Shown: positions 21,801 to 33,649 of the stretch, one piece after another | Layout of the letters: every line of letters begins with the position of its first letter | Position numbering within the stretch: the first letter of the stretch is position 1 | Source: Octopus sinensis | Taxonomy: Eukaryota | Reading direction: 5' to 3' | Length of the DNA: 64,000 nucleotides | Assembly (NCBI RefSeq): GCF_006345805.1 | Contig: NC_043019.1 | Location: 26,659,360-26,723,359, forward strand | Notes under the pieces: generated by a model | Database searches by the model: none | Seen by the model: the letters and a program-made list of their open reading frames with translations, nothing else | What the model was told of the DNA's origin: nothing | Made by a program: the position numbers and the translations under genes

Positions 21801-22011
21801 TATTTTAGCCAGTTGACCAATATTCTTTTGACTCAAGCATTCATGTTCTGTGATTACCAATTCCAAAATTTGACCATTTCCCCAATTAACTGGGTTTTTT
21901 CTGTGGTCATTACATGATGGAATTTTGGCCAAAGCCCTGTCAATTTAGTAATTCAAGATCTCTGCAATTATTAATCATGAAATAATTTATTGAACATAAA
22001 GATTTTATTAA

Positions 22012-22231
22012 CTCTTTACCATTTAATTCGGCCATATCCAGCCCAAATATTCTACCTGTTTTATGTTAATATTGACCAGATCCAACTCCTCACACCTACC
22101 CCACAATGTCATGCTAGAAGTAAACAAGCACACCACTGTAATCTTGAAGCTATGAGATAATGAATAATTAATTCAAAACGACGTGAATAAATATGCATAA
22201 CATTTGATGGAGTAATTTGAATGCTGAAGGG
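22012..22231. mobile_element. piggyBac-type MITE (TTAA flanks), diverged copy
   Basis: TTAA|CTCTTTA..GAAGGG|TTAA; interior homologous to 24816-25034. Confidence 0.7.
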
Positions 22232-22260
22232 TTAAATATAAGCAAATAGAATTGAAATAA

Positions 22261-22660
22261 GGTGCAGGAGTGGCTGTGTGGTAAGTAGCTTGCTAACTAA
22301 CCATATGGTTCCGGGTTCAGTCCCACTGCGTGGCATCTTGGGCAAGTGTCTTCTGCTATAGCCCCAGACCGACCAATGCCTTGTGAGTGGATTTGGTAGA
22401 CGGAAACTGAAAGAATCCTGTCGTATATATGTATATATATATGTATGTGTGTCTGTGTTTGTCCCCCTAGCATTGCTTGACAACCGATGCTGGTGTGTTT
22501 ACGTCCCTGTCACTTAGCGGTTCAGCAAAAGAGACCGATAGAATAAGTACTGGGCTTACAAAGAAAATGTCCCGGGGTCGATTTGCTCGACTAAAGGCGG
22601 TGCTCCAGCATGGCCGCAGTCAAATGACTGAAACAAGTAAAAGAGTAAAGAGTAAAAGAG
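22261..22660 (+). mobile_element. SINE family B, full-length
   Basis: Family B consensus. Confidence 0.9.
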
Positions 22661-23585
22661 TAAGTAAAAATAAGGACAAATATAAACAAAATGTAAGGGC
22701 AATATGTCAGGTTTTGTTTTAATAACATTAATTACAAGAAACAAAAAGAAAAATGGGGTTTTTGTGTGTAAAACAACAGTTAGAATTGGAGGGAAGATGG
22801 TAACAGACAATCCAAGTATTTGACATTGAGAGAAATAACTTCCTTATGCAAATATATATATATATGTACACATAAACATAATTTATGTAAGACATATTAA
22901 CATAATTTATGTAAATATTAGTATAGTCTGTACATGATAACACACACACACACACACAGACTCAATATAAAGGAATTTCATAGTTTAAAACTTCATGTTA
23001 AAACTTAAAGAGTGTTCAAAAGAGAAGGGGGTGGGGGCTCACAATTTGGGGTATTTTTTAAATTTGACATCATCTCTGATATAACTGAGGTCAACTGCTT
23101 TGAGGGGTGGGAGTTAATTATGAAATCTATATCTTACAGTTTTACCTGTAGGATATGATGCCTTCTTGAATTTATCACCATTGTATGATGAGCTGTGTGA
23201 ACCATTAGACCAAAGGCACACAAATAAAGAATCTTGTCTTTGAGTAGTAATTCTGTCAGGTAAAGTCAGCTGTTCCTTTCGAAGTTCCATATTTTCTTTC
23301 AGCTGATCCTAATAAAACAGTGAGAAAATTAAAGAATTTCTACAGGTGTTAGCTGTAAAATGTCTCATTGTGGAGTCTAATTGGAAAAAACAAACAAACA
23401 ATTAATGGAATTTAATTGTGTTCATTATGGACATAACATAAAACTGTACAAGAGGTGAGATATGAACCAGGTGAGCTCCACATTGATAAAAACATTTGGA
23501 AATTTCCATTTATTGGATATATATATATATATGTCATGTAGATAGATACAGGTATTAGATAAGTGTGTGTGTGTGTGTGTGTGTG

Positions 23586-23639
<54 letters not shown>

Positions 23640-23642
<3 letters not shown>

Positions 23643-23924
23643 TGGCCGACTGGCCAGGTTGCCAGCTTGCCCAATGGCAAGTGGGCCCCTGTGCCATTAG
23701 AACCCATATATGGAGGACCCATGTTAAGGGGCCCATCCTCTCAAGTTTGAGAATTTTTTATTCACTCCTGGAAGAATGTCTTAATTATTTCAGCCTGGCT
23801 GTGTTTGTAGACAGTTGAAAATAATACTTTTAACAAAAAAAAAAATTCAATGATAACATTGTAGTTGTGAGTGGGCCCCCTTAGTTTCCTAACAACCAAT
23901 ATTTTTAGACCCAGTCTGCCACTG
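23640..23924. mobile_element. MITE with 14-bp TIR (CAGTGGCCGACTGG / CCAGTCTGCCACTG)
   Basis: One-mismatch TIR; flanked by (TA)n so the TSD is unreadable. Confidence 0.6.
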
Positions 23925-24815
23925 CATATATATATATATATATTGCACACACACACATATATACATTTGGTTGACCAAAAAGTTGTAACTCCTATCTACT
24001 AATGAAACATGTGTAACTTGAAATTAAAAATATGTCAAATTTTTAGTCTTCTGTTATATGTGTGTGTATGTAGTGGACTGTTCTGTGATGCTAAGATTAA
24101 CAAAAAAAAAGTATTCCATCTCGTGGGAGATGAATATTATTTAATAAGCACAGTATGTTTTTATTAGTCTCATGTGATGAGAGCATGCCACACAATATTC
24201 TTTGACATGTCTGGTTCTTTCTGTTTTCTGGTTTTCAACTGTCTACCTTTCATATCTACTTCTTTCTCATCTTTTTTTGCTCTTTTTCTTATTCCATTGA
24301 CCCATTTTTAGTTTGTTATGCCACGTGGGCAGTGCCTGAAGATTGCACAGAGTCAGCAGGCAGCTTAAAAAATACTGTCTGACATGCTCTCATCACATGA
24401 GACTAATAGTAGCACATAAAAAAATATATATTGTATTTATTAAATAACATATATGTATGTACATGTTGTGTATATATATAACAACAGTGAACATAGCCTG
24501 GTTGTCAAAAATGACCAATACTGTCCAATATCAAAGCCTCACGAATAGTCACAGCCAGATGGCTGAAACCAATCAAAAGATATAAATATGTAACTTCCAC
24601 AAACAGACAAAAAAAAAATGTTTAATTACACATGCATACACATGGACAGATATAAAGACGCATACATATTTACATAACCTCACATCCATGTTCATGTAGA
24701 TAAATCAATTGTAAAAAAATTAGTTCGTATAAAATTTTAAGGCAGACAAAATAGAATTAATTTCATAAAAACATTATTTCACAGGAGAAAAAAATTAAAC
24801 TGGAATAAATTTTAA

Positions 24816-25034
24816 CCCTTTAGTATTTAAACCGGCCATATCCGGCCAAAATAGTTAATCTGTTTTATGTTCAAACTGACCAGATCCAGGCTCTCACACC
24901 TACCCTACAATGCTATTCTACATTAAGTAATTACACCATCAAGATCTTGAAGATATGAGACAATGCATGATTAATTCAAATCAATGTGAATCAATAAGCA
25001 TTATGTTTGATAGAATAATCTGAACACTAAAGGG
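24816..25034. mobile_element. piggyBac-type MITE
   Basis: TTAA|CCCTTTAG..CTAAAGGG|TTAA. Confidence 0.82.
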
Positions 25035-25087
25035 TTAAACTAAGGAAGAATTTCTATGCTTTCGAAAATACTAATAACAGCAACCCT

Positions 25088-26170
25088 TTCTAGTATAATC
25101 ATAACACCTGGAATTTTTTAGGGGAGAGGGTTGGTTGATTACATCAGTCTCAGTACACAACTGGTACTTATTTTATCAATCCCGGAAGGGTGAGAAGCAA
25201 AGTCAACCTTGGCAAAATTTGAACTCAGAATGTAAAACCTGAAGAAAAGCTGGAAAGCATTTTGACCATTGTGCTTACGATTCTACCAGCTTGCCACCTA
25301 AATAATAATAATAATCTTTTCTACTCTAGGCACAAAGCCTGAAATTTTGGGGGAGGTGGGCAGTCGATTAGATTGGCCCCAGTACACAACTGTTACTTAA
25401 TTTATAGGCCCTCCCCGAAAAGATGAAAGGCAAAGTCAACCTCAGCGGAATTTGAACTCACAAGGTAAGCATTTCGCTTGGCGTGCTAACGTTTCAGCCA
25501 GCTTGCTATTAGGCACAAAGCCTGAAGTTTGGGTGGGTGGGGTTAGTAAATTACATCGACCCCAGTGCTCAACTGGTACTTATTTTATCGACTCCAAAAG
25601 GATGAAAGGCAAAGTTAACTTTGGAGGAATTTGAACTCAGAACATAAAGATGGGTGAAATGCCATTTTGCCCAGCGTCCTAATGAATCTGCCAGGCTCAC
25701 TGCCTTTTATTATAGTAATAATAAAAATCCTTTTTACTAAAGGCAAAAAGCCGGAAATTTCGTGGAAGGGGATTAGTCGATTACATCAACCCCAGTGTTT
25801 CCCCGATACTTAATTTATCGACCCCCAAAAGGATGAAAAGCAAAGTCGACCTCAGTGGAATTTGAACTCAGAACACAGTGACAGGTGAAATACCACTGGG
25901 CATTTTGCCCAGCATGCTAACGATTCTGCCAGCTCGCCACCTTAGTAACCCTTTCTAATATAGATACAAGGCCTGAAAATTTGAAGGAGGGGACTAGTCA
26001 ATTACATCGACCCCAGTGTTCAACTGGTACTTATTTTATCGACCCTGAAAGGACGAAAAGCAAAGTTGATCTTGCTGGAATTTGAACGCAGAACCTAAGG
26101 ACATATGAAATGCCGCTATGCATTTCGTCCAGTGTGTTAATGATTCTGCCAGCTCAATGCCTTTAATAAC

Positions 26171-26205
<35 letters not shown>

Positions 26206-26430
26206 TGATGATGATAATAATTGTTTCAAATGTAGATGCGTTGCCAGAAATTTTGGGAGGAGGATGCTGGTTGATGAAATTGGCTCCAGTATGTGACAGG
26301 TACTTTATTTTATTGAAAGAATGAGAAGGAAAAATTGATGTTGGTGGAACTTGAACTCAGAACATCAAGAACCAGGACAGTTAATACGACAAAGCATTTT
26401 GTCCAATGTTCTGATGATTCTGCCAAGTCC
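25088..26430 (-). mobile_element. Tandem cluster of ~6 old SINE A-related copies, same orientation
   Basis: GGAATTTGAACTCAGAA (reverse B-box) and AAAGGCAAAGTC(A/G)ACC recur about every 200-230 bp. Confidence 0.8.
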
Positions 26431-28290
26431 ATTGTCCGGTCTAACAACAACAACAACAATAATCATAATATTTTCTAATATAAGCAAAATCAAAATCAAA
26501 ATCGAAATTGATCAACATCAATGGAAATTGCAGCTGTGATACCAGTGCCGGTGGTACGTAAGAAAACCATCCGAACGTGGCCGTTGCCAGCGCTGCCCCA
26601 ATTGGCCTCATGCCGGTGCCACGTAAAAAGCACCATCCGATCATGGCTGTTTGACAGCCTCGTTTGGCACGTAAAAGCACCCACTACACTCACGGAGTGG
26701 TTGGCGTTAGGAAGGGCATCCAGCTGTAGAAACATTGCGAGATCAGACTGGGCCTGGTGCAGCCTTCTGGCTTCCCAGACCCCAGTTGAACCATCCAACC
26801 CATGCTAGCATGGAAAGCGGATGCTAAATGATGATGATGATGATGAAGCAGACAGTCAGAAACCTGGAGAAGAGAAACTTTACCTAGAGTCTTGGAGAAA
26901 GTAGAATTGATTGAAATAATTCAGCAGTTAAAAATCACATATTCCTTCTTTTACAGGTTTCTGCCAATGGATTATAGCCATGCTTGGATGGATACTACTT
27001 TCCGGGGATTTTACAGGATCATACCATCCTCAACCCCACCAGGGCTTATTTCAGTCTGCTACTTATTTTATCAATCCCTATTTGATGAACCACTAAGTTA
27101 TGGGACAGAAGCGACAATATCAGTTTATGATATTGGCTTTCACAAAATTAAAACATACATACATATATACATACATGCATACATATAAAACCATATTATA
27201 TGCTCAACCCTTAACACCCATAAGAGAGAGCACTGCCAAAAAGTTCTCTGGTTTGCCATCCTATGTGAAAAGCTGCATACCATAGCTATAGTAAAATATT
27301 CAATAGGCTTAACTTACAAGACCCTGGACAAAGACAGGATGCTCATATAAGGATGCAGATATAGAGTTTACAGTGAGTGCCCAGTGAATGGTCAATACAA
27401 TATAGAAGCTATGGTCTGCAAAGCAGGAGTGGTGTTGTCCAATGAAAATGGAGCGACACATATACAGAAATTGGTCAGGTCAATGAAGGGCCCCTTTAAG
27501 GTGAAACTGTGAATCATTACATAACCTGTTTTAGAATCCAAGACAGGTGCAATGTTACAACAGCTGGCAATTATATAGGGTGATTAAAAAAAGCAGCGCT
27601 GTACAAAATCAAGTGGAAATTGCCAAAACACCTAGGACCATATCTGAATGGAAGTAGGTGTTGCAAGCTTTGCTTGGTAGACAGAATCTTTCTAAAAAAA
27701 AGTACATACAATCCAGGGGTTTTCCTGAACTCCAAAGAGAGATATTTGGATAGTACCTTCATGAGCAGAAATTCTTTTTAGCAATGTGGTCATGTTCATT
27801 TTGGGATTTTTGGACTAGAGAATGACTTATTCACACACACAGACACACACAATCAACCATAGCTAATATGGTTCCAGGGGAAATAAATCTTTGTCACAGA
27901 TGATGTTATAATGTTTCACAAAGGTTCATTCAAGTTCTTTTTACCAACACCAAACCAGCTAGGATTTATATATACCTTCTGCATCAAAAAAGGCTGTGCA
28001 TTTCCAGCTAACCTATCAGAAGGATCATAAATATTACCAAGTGTAGTAGTAGCTGGTGCAAAATCAACAGTAAAATTATGACCAGTCATATATCATAACC
28101 AGTAATACAATGCTTAAAGATATAAAAATATAGCAACTCTATTTCTCCATTTCTTTACTATCTTACAGCAGAAGATTGTCTTGGTGTCAGTTGATAGAAG
28201 AGAGAGTGATGAAAGAAAACCAGAATGAGAGGGTGACAGAAGGTTGAGAAAAGGAAGAAAAGTAGAGGGATAGATGTGAATGGATGATAG

Positions 28291-28333
<43 letters not shown>

Positions 28334-28939
28334 AGAAGAAAGATCATGAGAGAAGGAGAATTAGACAGTTACATGACGGTTGTTGGTAAGTAGGTTGGAT
28401 AGAAACATCATGAGTGATGTAGTGAGGGAGAGAGAGAATGTTTGGAAGGAGAGAAGGTGATAGATGAGGGAGTACTAGAAATAGAAGAATGATGACTAAT
28501 GTCAAAGGGTGGTAGTAAGAGGAGTAACTTAATACAGAGGGAGAGAGAGAAATGGTAAGGAGCCACACTGACAGAGGAAAGGGATAAGAGTGATAAAAAA
28601 ATAATAAAGAGAAGGAATGGATACTTTATAGGATTACATGGATATATGAGGTGCTTTCCAAATGGTTTGAGACTTCTTTAGGAGAGGCAGTTGTAATTGT
28701 CCAAGATAATTATAATTTTAAATAATTATAATTGTCAGATAATTATAATCGTCCAGGAGATAATTATAATTTTAGTGTATCATTACTATACATTTAATAA
28801 GCTGACTTGCCAACTTTTGTTATTCCAGATTGAAGGGAGAGGGCCGTAACAACACTTTGAATACATCCTGCTAAACACTGCTTGCTACAGCTGCCTAGTT
28901 TATAGAATACAGTTGGGGAGTGAAGACAATATGGAAGCT

Positions 28940-30160
28940 CACCACGCAATGAAGTTTCGTGTTAAACTGGGCAGAAACACTACAGAAAGCCATGAAGTGC
29001 TCCGGGTTGCTTGTTGATTAACTTGTGTGAGCTGAGCGATCGCTTTCAGCTAGCACACAAGGTTCAAGGATGGTAGAGAGGAGGTGAGAGATGATGAGGT
29101 GTGGGAGGGAGAGGGATATTAGAATATCAGAACTGGGTGAGAAAATTGGTAATTTTCTGGATGAAGACTGTTGTGTGTCTATAAAGACAATAAGCATACA
29201 GTTTGGAAATGATGCGCCAGCTGTACACCAGCTGAACATACATGAAATTTGAGTAAAGTTTGTTCCTAGGGTGCTTACTGACGAGCAGAAGGAAATACGC
29301 ATTGGTGACAGCAGGGAGATGGTTGGGCTCATTGTCTCCAATCCAAGACTACGTGAGTCTCTGGTGGCAAAAGCTAGATCTACTGTTGTGTTCTAGAGAC
29401 CAAAAAGTGCCCAATGGAAGCATCCTGGCTCTCCTAGACCCAAGATGGCCAGGCAAAGCAAGTCCACTAGGAAACTCATGATGACCTCTCCCACTTTTTT
29501 TGACAGCAAGGACATCATCTACATTCACTGGGCTCTTTCTGGCCAGACGGTCAACAAAGAGAACTTGTGGAAATTTTAACCCTTTAGTATTTAAACCGGC
29601 CATATCCAGCCAAAATATTTAACCTGTTTATGTTCAAACTGACCAGATCCAGGCTCTCACACCTACCCTACAATGTTATTCTACATTTACACCATCAAGA
29701 TCTTGAAGATATGAGATAATGCATGATTAATTCAAATCAATGTGAATCAATAAGCATTACGTTTGATAGAATAATCTGAACACTAAAGGGTTAAGGGAGT
29801 TCAAAAAGAGATTTTGTCGCAAAAGGCCAGAGCTCTTCCACTCAGGTCAGAGGCATTGGCACCTAGACAAAGCACCAATCCATGATCCTGTCATGGTAAC
29901 CAACTATTTGACAGAGATGGACATCAAAACTGTCCTTCACTGTTCTTACAGACCAGGACCTTGCACCTTGTGGCTTTTGGTTGGTTCCCAAGGTGAACGA
30001 GAACATCAGGAGCAGTCCTTTTCAAAACATCAAGAAGATGAAGGAGGCTGAGACAAGGGTCCTGAATACCTTCACTTCTGAGGACTTCCATGGACCCTTC
30101 ATGAAGTGGATGGTGTGTGCTACAACAAGTAAAATGAAGTCAAAGAGTCCTACTTTGAAG
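28940..30160 (+). pseudogene. mariner transposase pseudogene
   Basis: Fragments AMKFRVKLGRNTTES, KFVPRVLTDEQK (WVPR-like), QWKHPGSPRPK, FFDSKDIIYIHW, HWHLDKAPIH (HDNAPxH-like), YRPxLAPCGFWL (YSPDLAPxD-like); multiple stops and frameshifts. Confidence 0.85.
29580..29790. mobile_element. piggyBac-type MITE nested in the mariner
   Basis: TTAA at 29576-29579 and 29791-29794; the transposase remnant resumes after it. Confidence 0.85.
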
Positions 30161-30235
30161 GAGATTAGTGTTTGGTACATCTTTGAAAATAATGTCTCTC
30201 ATGGAAACGTCTCAAAACTTCTGGAATGAACCTTG

Positions 30236-30268
<33 letters not shown>

Positions 30269-30776
30269 ATATGCATAAATATATATAATTGTGTGTGTAA
30301 TGTATGTATCACTTTATGTAATATGTCTGTAAGGCCCTATATATGTATATATATGCAAATATGAATGTATGCATATGTATGTACACACACGTGTATGTGT
30401 GCATGTTTATAAACGCACACACACACACAGTTACATGCTCACACATTATTACATGTACACACACACACTAATGTATAGAAAGCTGTATCTTTCTTAATCA
30501 CATAATTCAAGATGGAGACAGGCAAGAACTCTTTGAATATTTTCACAGACCTGTCTTTTATCTTCTTTTGTTAAATTGTTTTTCAGTTTTTGCTTTTTTT
30601 GATTCTCTTAAAATCTCTCCTTCTTCTAAGACAATACTGCTACAAGATTGGTGAAGTTTTCTTGAAGCACCAGATGTTTAGAAGAAGAATATTCTCAGGG
30701 TTAATTTCCAAAAAAATGGGGGAGAAAAAGCAATAATTGAAGAAAAAAAATGATTAAAGAAGTAAACAAAAACAAG

Positions 30777-30782
30777 TTTATT
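30777..30782 (-). terminator. Candidate PREB polyadenylation signal AATAAA
   Basis: About 205 nt downstream of the stop, in a U-rich 3' UTR. Confidence 0.4.
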
Positions 30783-30987
30783 ATTTTTTTTTTGTGATAT
30801 TTTCCAAAAGGAAAAGAAATTTTTTATAGTTTTCTTTGAAAGAAAATTTTGGTTGCTTGTTTTTTGTTTTGTTTTGTTTTTCAAATGTTGTAGTTAAAAA
30901 AACAACAACAAAAGCCAATAGAAGGTTCTGGTGAAAAAACAAAAAAACAAAGCAAAAACCGATGATGTTGAATCAAAAATTTGTTTC

Positions 30988-31088
30988 TCACAATCCAAGT
31001 TGATCCAACAGCAACACTAATGCAGCCAATATCAGAATGGTGCCGAATACGATAATTACTAATCCAGTTTCCATTCGTACGTAGTAAC
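30988..31088 (-). CDS. PREB: PREB exon 9 (C-terminal TM anchor): YYVRMETGLVIIVFGTILILAALVLLLDQLGL*
   Basis: ctcttacag acceptor; ~20-aa hydrophobic helix, then TGA at 30990-30988. Summed CDS is 1257 nt = 418 aa + stop, close to the size of vertebrate PREB. Confidence 0.9.
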
Positions 31089-31732
31089 CTGTAAGAGACA
31101 GAAGAGGTCAAATAACATTGGTTAAGTGATCAGGTTTTGATAATATATAAGAAAGCATTTATTACAAGAAGGAAGTCTGTGGAATGGTCACTTTTGGGAA
31201 ATTTCAGCCTGACAGCTGATCATTACAGAACAATGGCAAGGTGAATTAAGAGTCAATGGGATAATTTAATATGACTGCTAGGCAAAATGCTTAACGGTAT
31301 TTCATCCATCTTCACATTCTGAGTTCAGCTGTTTTGAATTTGCTGCAGGAAGTTGTCTATATTTGTGGTGGTGGGGTGAGGGGGCGCTAGGAATGTGGCC
31401 TGGGTGCCAAGGGGGGTAGCAGCCTGAAAAAGTTTGGGAACTACTAGGTTAGACAGCTTGACTAGAAGTGGTAAGCCAGGGAGCTGCACCAACTTCCAAT
31501 TTGATTTGGCAAGGTTCCAATGGCTGGAAGCCTTTCCTAATGCCAACCATTCCAAGAGTGTAATGAATGTTTTTATACATGATGCAAACTCGCAAAGATT
31601 TTCTGAAAAATTCCCAAAAATAAAATGATATGGCACACTTAAAGCAGAATTCCACCTAATTAATTAACTCATTAACTGATAAACACTAACCGATGAAAGA
31701 AACCTGTCCTGTTTCAAGAAAGAATGGTAAAG

Positions 31733-31896
31733 GCGCAGGAGTGGCTGTGTGGTAAGTAGCTTGCTAACCAACCACATGGTTCCGGGTTCAGTCCCACTGC
31801 GTGGCATCTTGGGCAAGTGTCTTCTGCTATAGCCCTGGGCCAACCAATGCCTTGTGAGTGGATTTGGTAGACGGAAACTGAAAGAAGCCCGTCGTA

Positions 31897-31941
<45 letters not shown>

Positions 31942-32410
31942 TATATATATATTATATATATATATATCCCTCTCTCTCTCTTTCGGAGAGGCACTGAGCA
32001 GCTATATGCACACATACACACACGGCAGTAACTCCCGCCTACCGAATTCAATCACAAAGCTCCGGTCGGCTCGGAGCTATAGTGGAAGACACCTACCCAA
32101 AATGCCACGCAGTGGGACTGAACCCGAAACCATGTAGTTAGGAAGCAAGCTCCCTAACCACACAGCCATGCCCGCACCTAATATATATATGTGTGTGTGT
32201 GTGTGTATGTGTTTGTCTCCCTACCATTGCTTGACAACCGATGCTGATGTGTTTACGTCCCCGTCACTTAGCGGTTCGGCAAAAGAGGCCGATAGAATAA
32301 GTACTGGGCTTACAAAGAATAAGTCCCGGGGTCGATTTGCTCGACTAAAGGCGGTGCTCCAGCATGGCCGCAGTCAAATGACTGAAACAAGTAAAAGAGT
32401 AAAAGAGGGA
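31733..32410 (+). mobile_element. SINE family B with a nested inverted family B 5' half; flanked by ~68-bp direct repeats
   Basis: Head at 31733, tail at 32410; inverted head at ~32030-32180. Confidence 0.78.
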
Positions 32411-32532
32411 GTAATTAAATAACTCATTAACTGATAAACAAACTGATGAAAGAAACCTATCCCCTATTCAAGAAAGAATGGTAAAGGAAAAGAAAAAAAA
32501 CAAAAAAACAGAAGTAGTTTTAAGGTACTGAC

Positions 32533-32689
32533 CTGTATGTGGTTTGTGTATCTGTACGATGTGGTCAGGGGAAATACTAAGGAGCTGGAAATCATGGGCA
32601 CCGGTCACAGCACGCATTGATTTAGAAACTGGTAGGAATTCAACACCGGTGATGAATATTCTGTGGGATTCTTGGACGTGGTATAATCT
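32533..32689 (-). CDS. PREB: PREB exon 8: RLYHVQESHRIFITGVEFLPVSKSMRAVTGAHDFQLLSISPDHIVQIHKPHT(G)
   Basis: cattgcag/gtcagt; 'LY.V.E.H.I.+T.V.FLP'. Confidence 0.95.
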
Positions 32690-33139
32690 CTGCAATGGAA
32701 TAAAGGACAGGTGACTGAATTGGGAGATTTGTTGACACACACACACACAGACATGCACACACAACCCTACCACAATAATTACTTAAAGATCATGCAAAAC
32801 TATGTGTAAGCACGAATATATATCTTATTGCAAAGAAATTATTTTCTTTCCAGCTTTCTCACTCTGTCTGTCTGTCTCTCTTTCTCTCTAAATATATGTA
32901 TATATATATATATATATACATAATATATTTGTGGATTGCCAAGGCTACCAATGGTTTCATGTAGCAAAGGAGACAAGTAACAATGTTCCCATGTGACCGG
33001 CTTGGTAACTGTTATAAGATTTTCTCTCCACATGAAACCATTGGTAGTCATGTTAACCCACAAATAAAGAATACTTATCCACCAATGCTGTGGAGAAATA
33101 CTCATTCTCACTATTCGCTATTAGCATGTGTGTGTGTGT

Positions 33140-33173
<34 letters not shown>

Positions 33174-33576
33174 ATATATAATTTATTATCTCCCCTTCTT
33201 TCTAGCTCTCCTGTCTGACCACTCTGTCTGGCATTCGCCATGATAGACACTAGCCACTAAACCTGTTTTATTTTCTCTCTCTGTTTATTTCTGTGTTCCT
33301 TTCTGTTGAAGAGCGTAGGCTCGAAATGTAAAAGACTTTCTCACCTTCCCAAGTGTTAAACTAATACATCTGTTTGTTGTTTACACACCTGCCTTCTTAT
33401 TTTTTTGTAAATTCTCACTATATATACACATATATACACACACACACACACACAGTGATAGACTGATACGATGAATAGAGACAAATACAGACACCACACA
33501 CTTCAATACATTGCTATAGATTCATACACAGGACACACAGACAGACATTGAACCAGAACTGAATGGTCTACGGTAC

Positions 33577-33649
33577 CTGGAGACTAAAAGAGATGTAAAC
33601 ACTGATGCTGCCTGAAATACTGCCAACCCCCAGGTAATCGCCGTCATCA
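33577..33649 (-). CDS. PREB: PREB exon 7: DDGDYLGVGSISGSISVYISFSLQ
   Basis: catttcag/gtaccg; equivalent to 'SG.FLG+G+..GSV.+YI.FSLQ'. Confidence 0.93.

Larger units (their letters stand above)
28647..30235 (+). mobile_element. Decayed full-length mariner (DD34D-type) transposon
   Basis: TA-flanked imperfect TIRs (TGAGGTGCTTTCCAAATGGTTTGAGAC / GTCTCAAAACTTCTGGAATGAACCTTG); ~1.37 kb after removing the nested MITE. Confidence 0.85.

Noticed and set aside
30881-31111. 76-aa ORF-track peptide as the PREB last exon
   Set aside because: Wrong frame; the phase-1 frame gives the TM helix and stops at 30988.
32443-32456. CTGATGA-AA-GAAAC, both hammerhead cores adjacent
   Set aside because: No stem II or stem I; likely chance in A-rich sequence.
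33255-33425. Hammerhead-like TTGAAGAGCGTAGGCTCGAAATGTA in a dispersed repeat
   Set aside because: CUGA core not intact and no convincing stem I; needs the family consensus.
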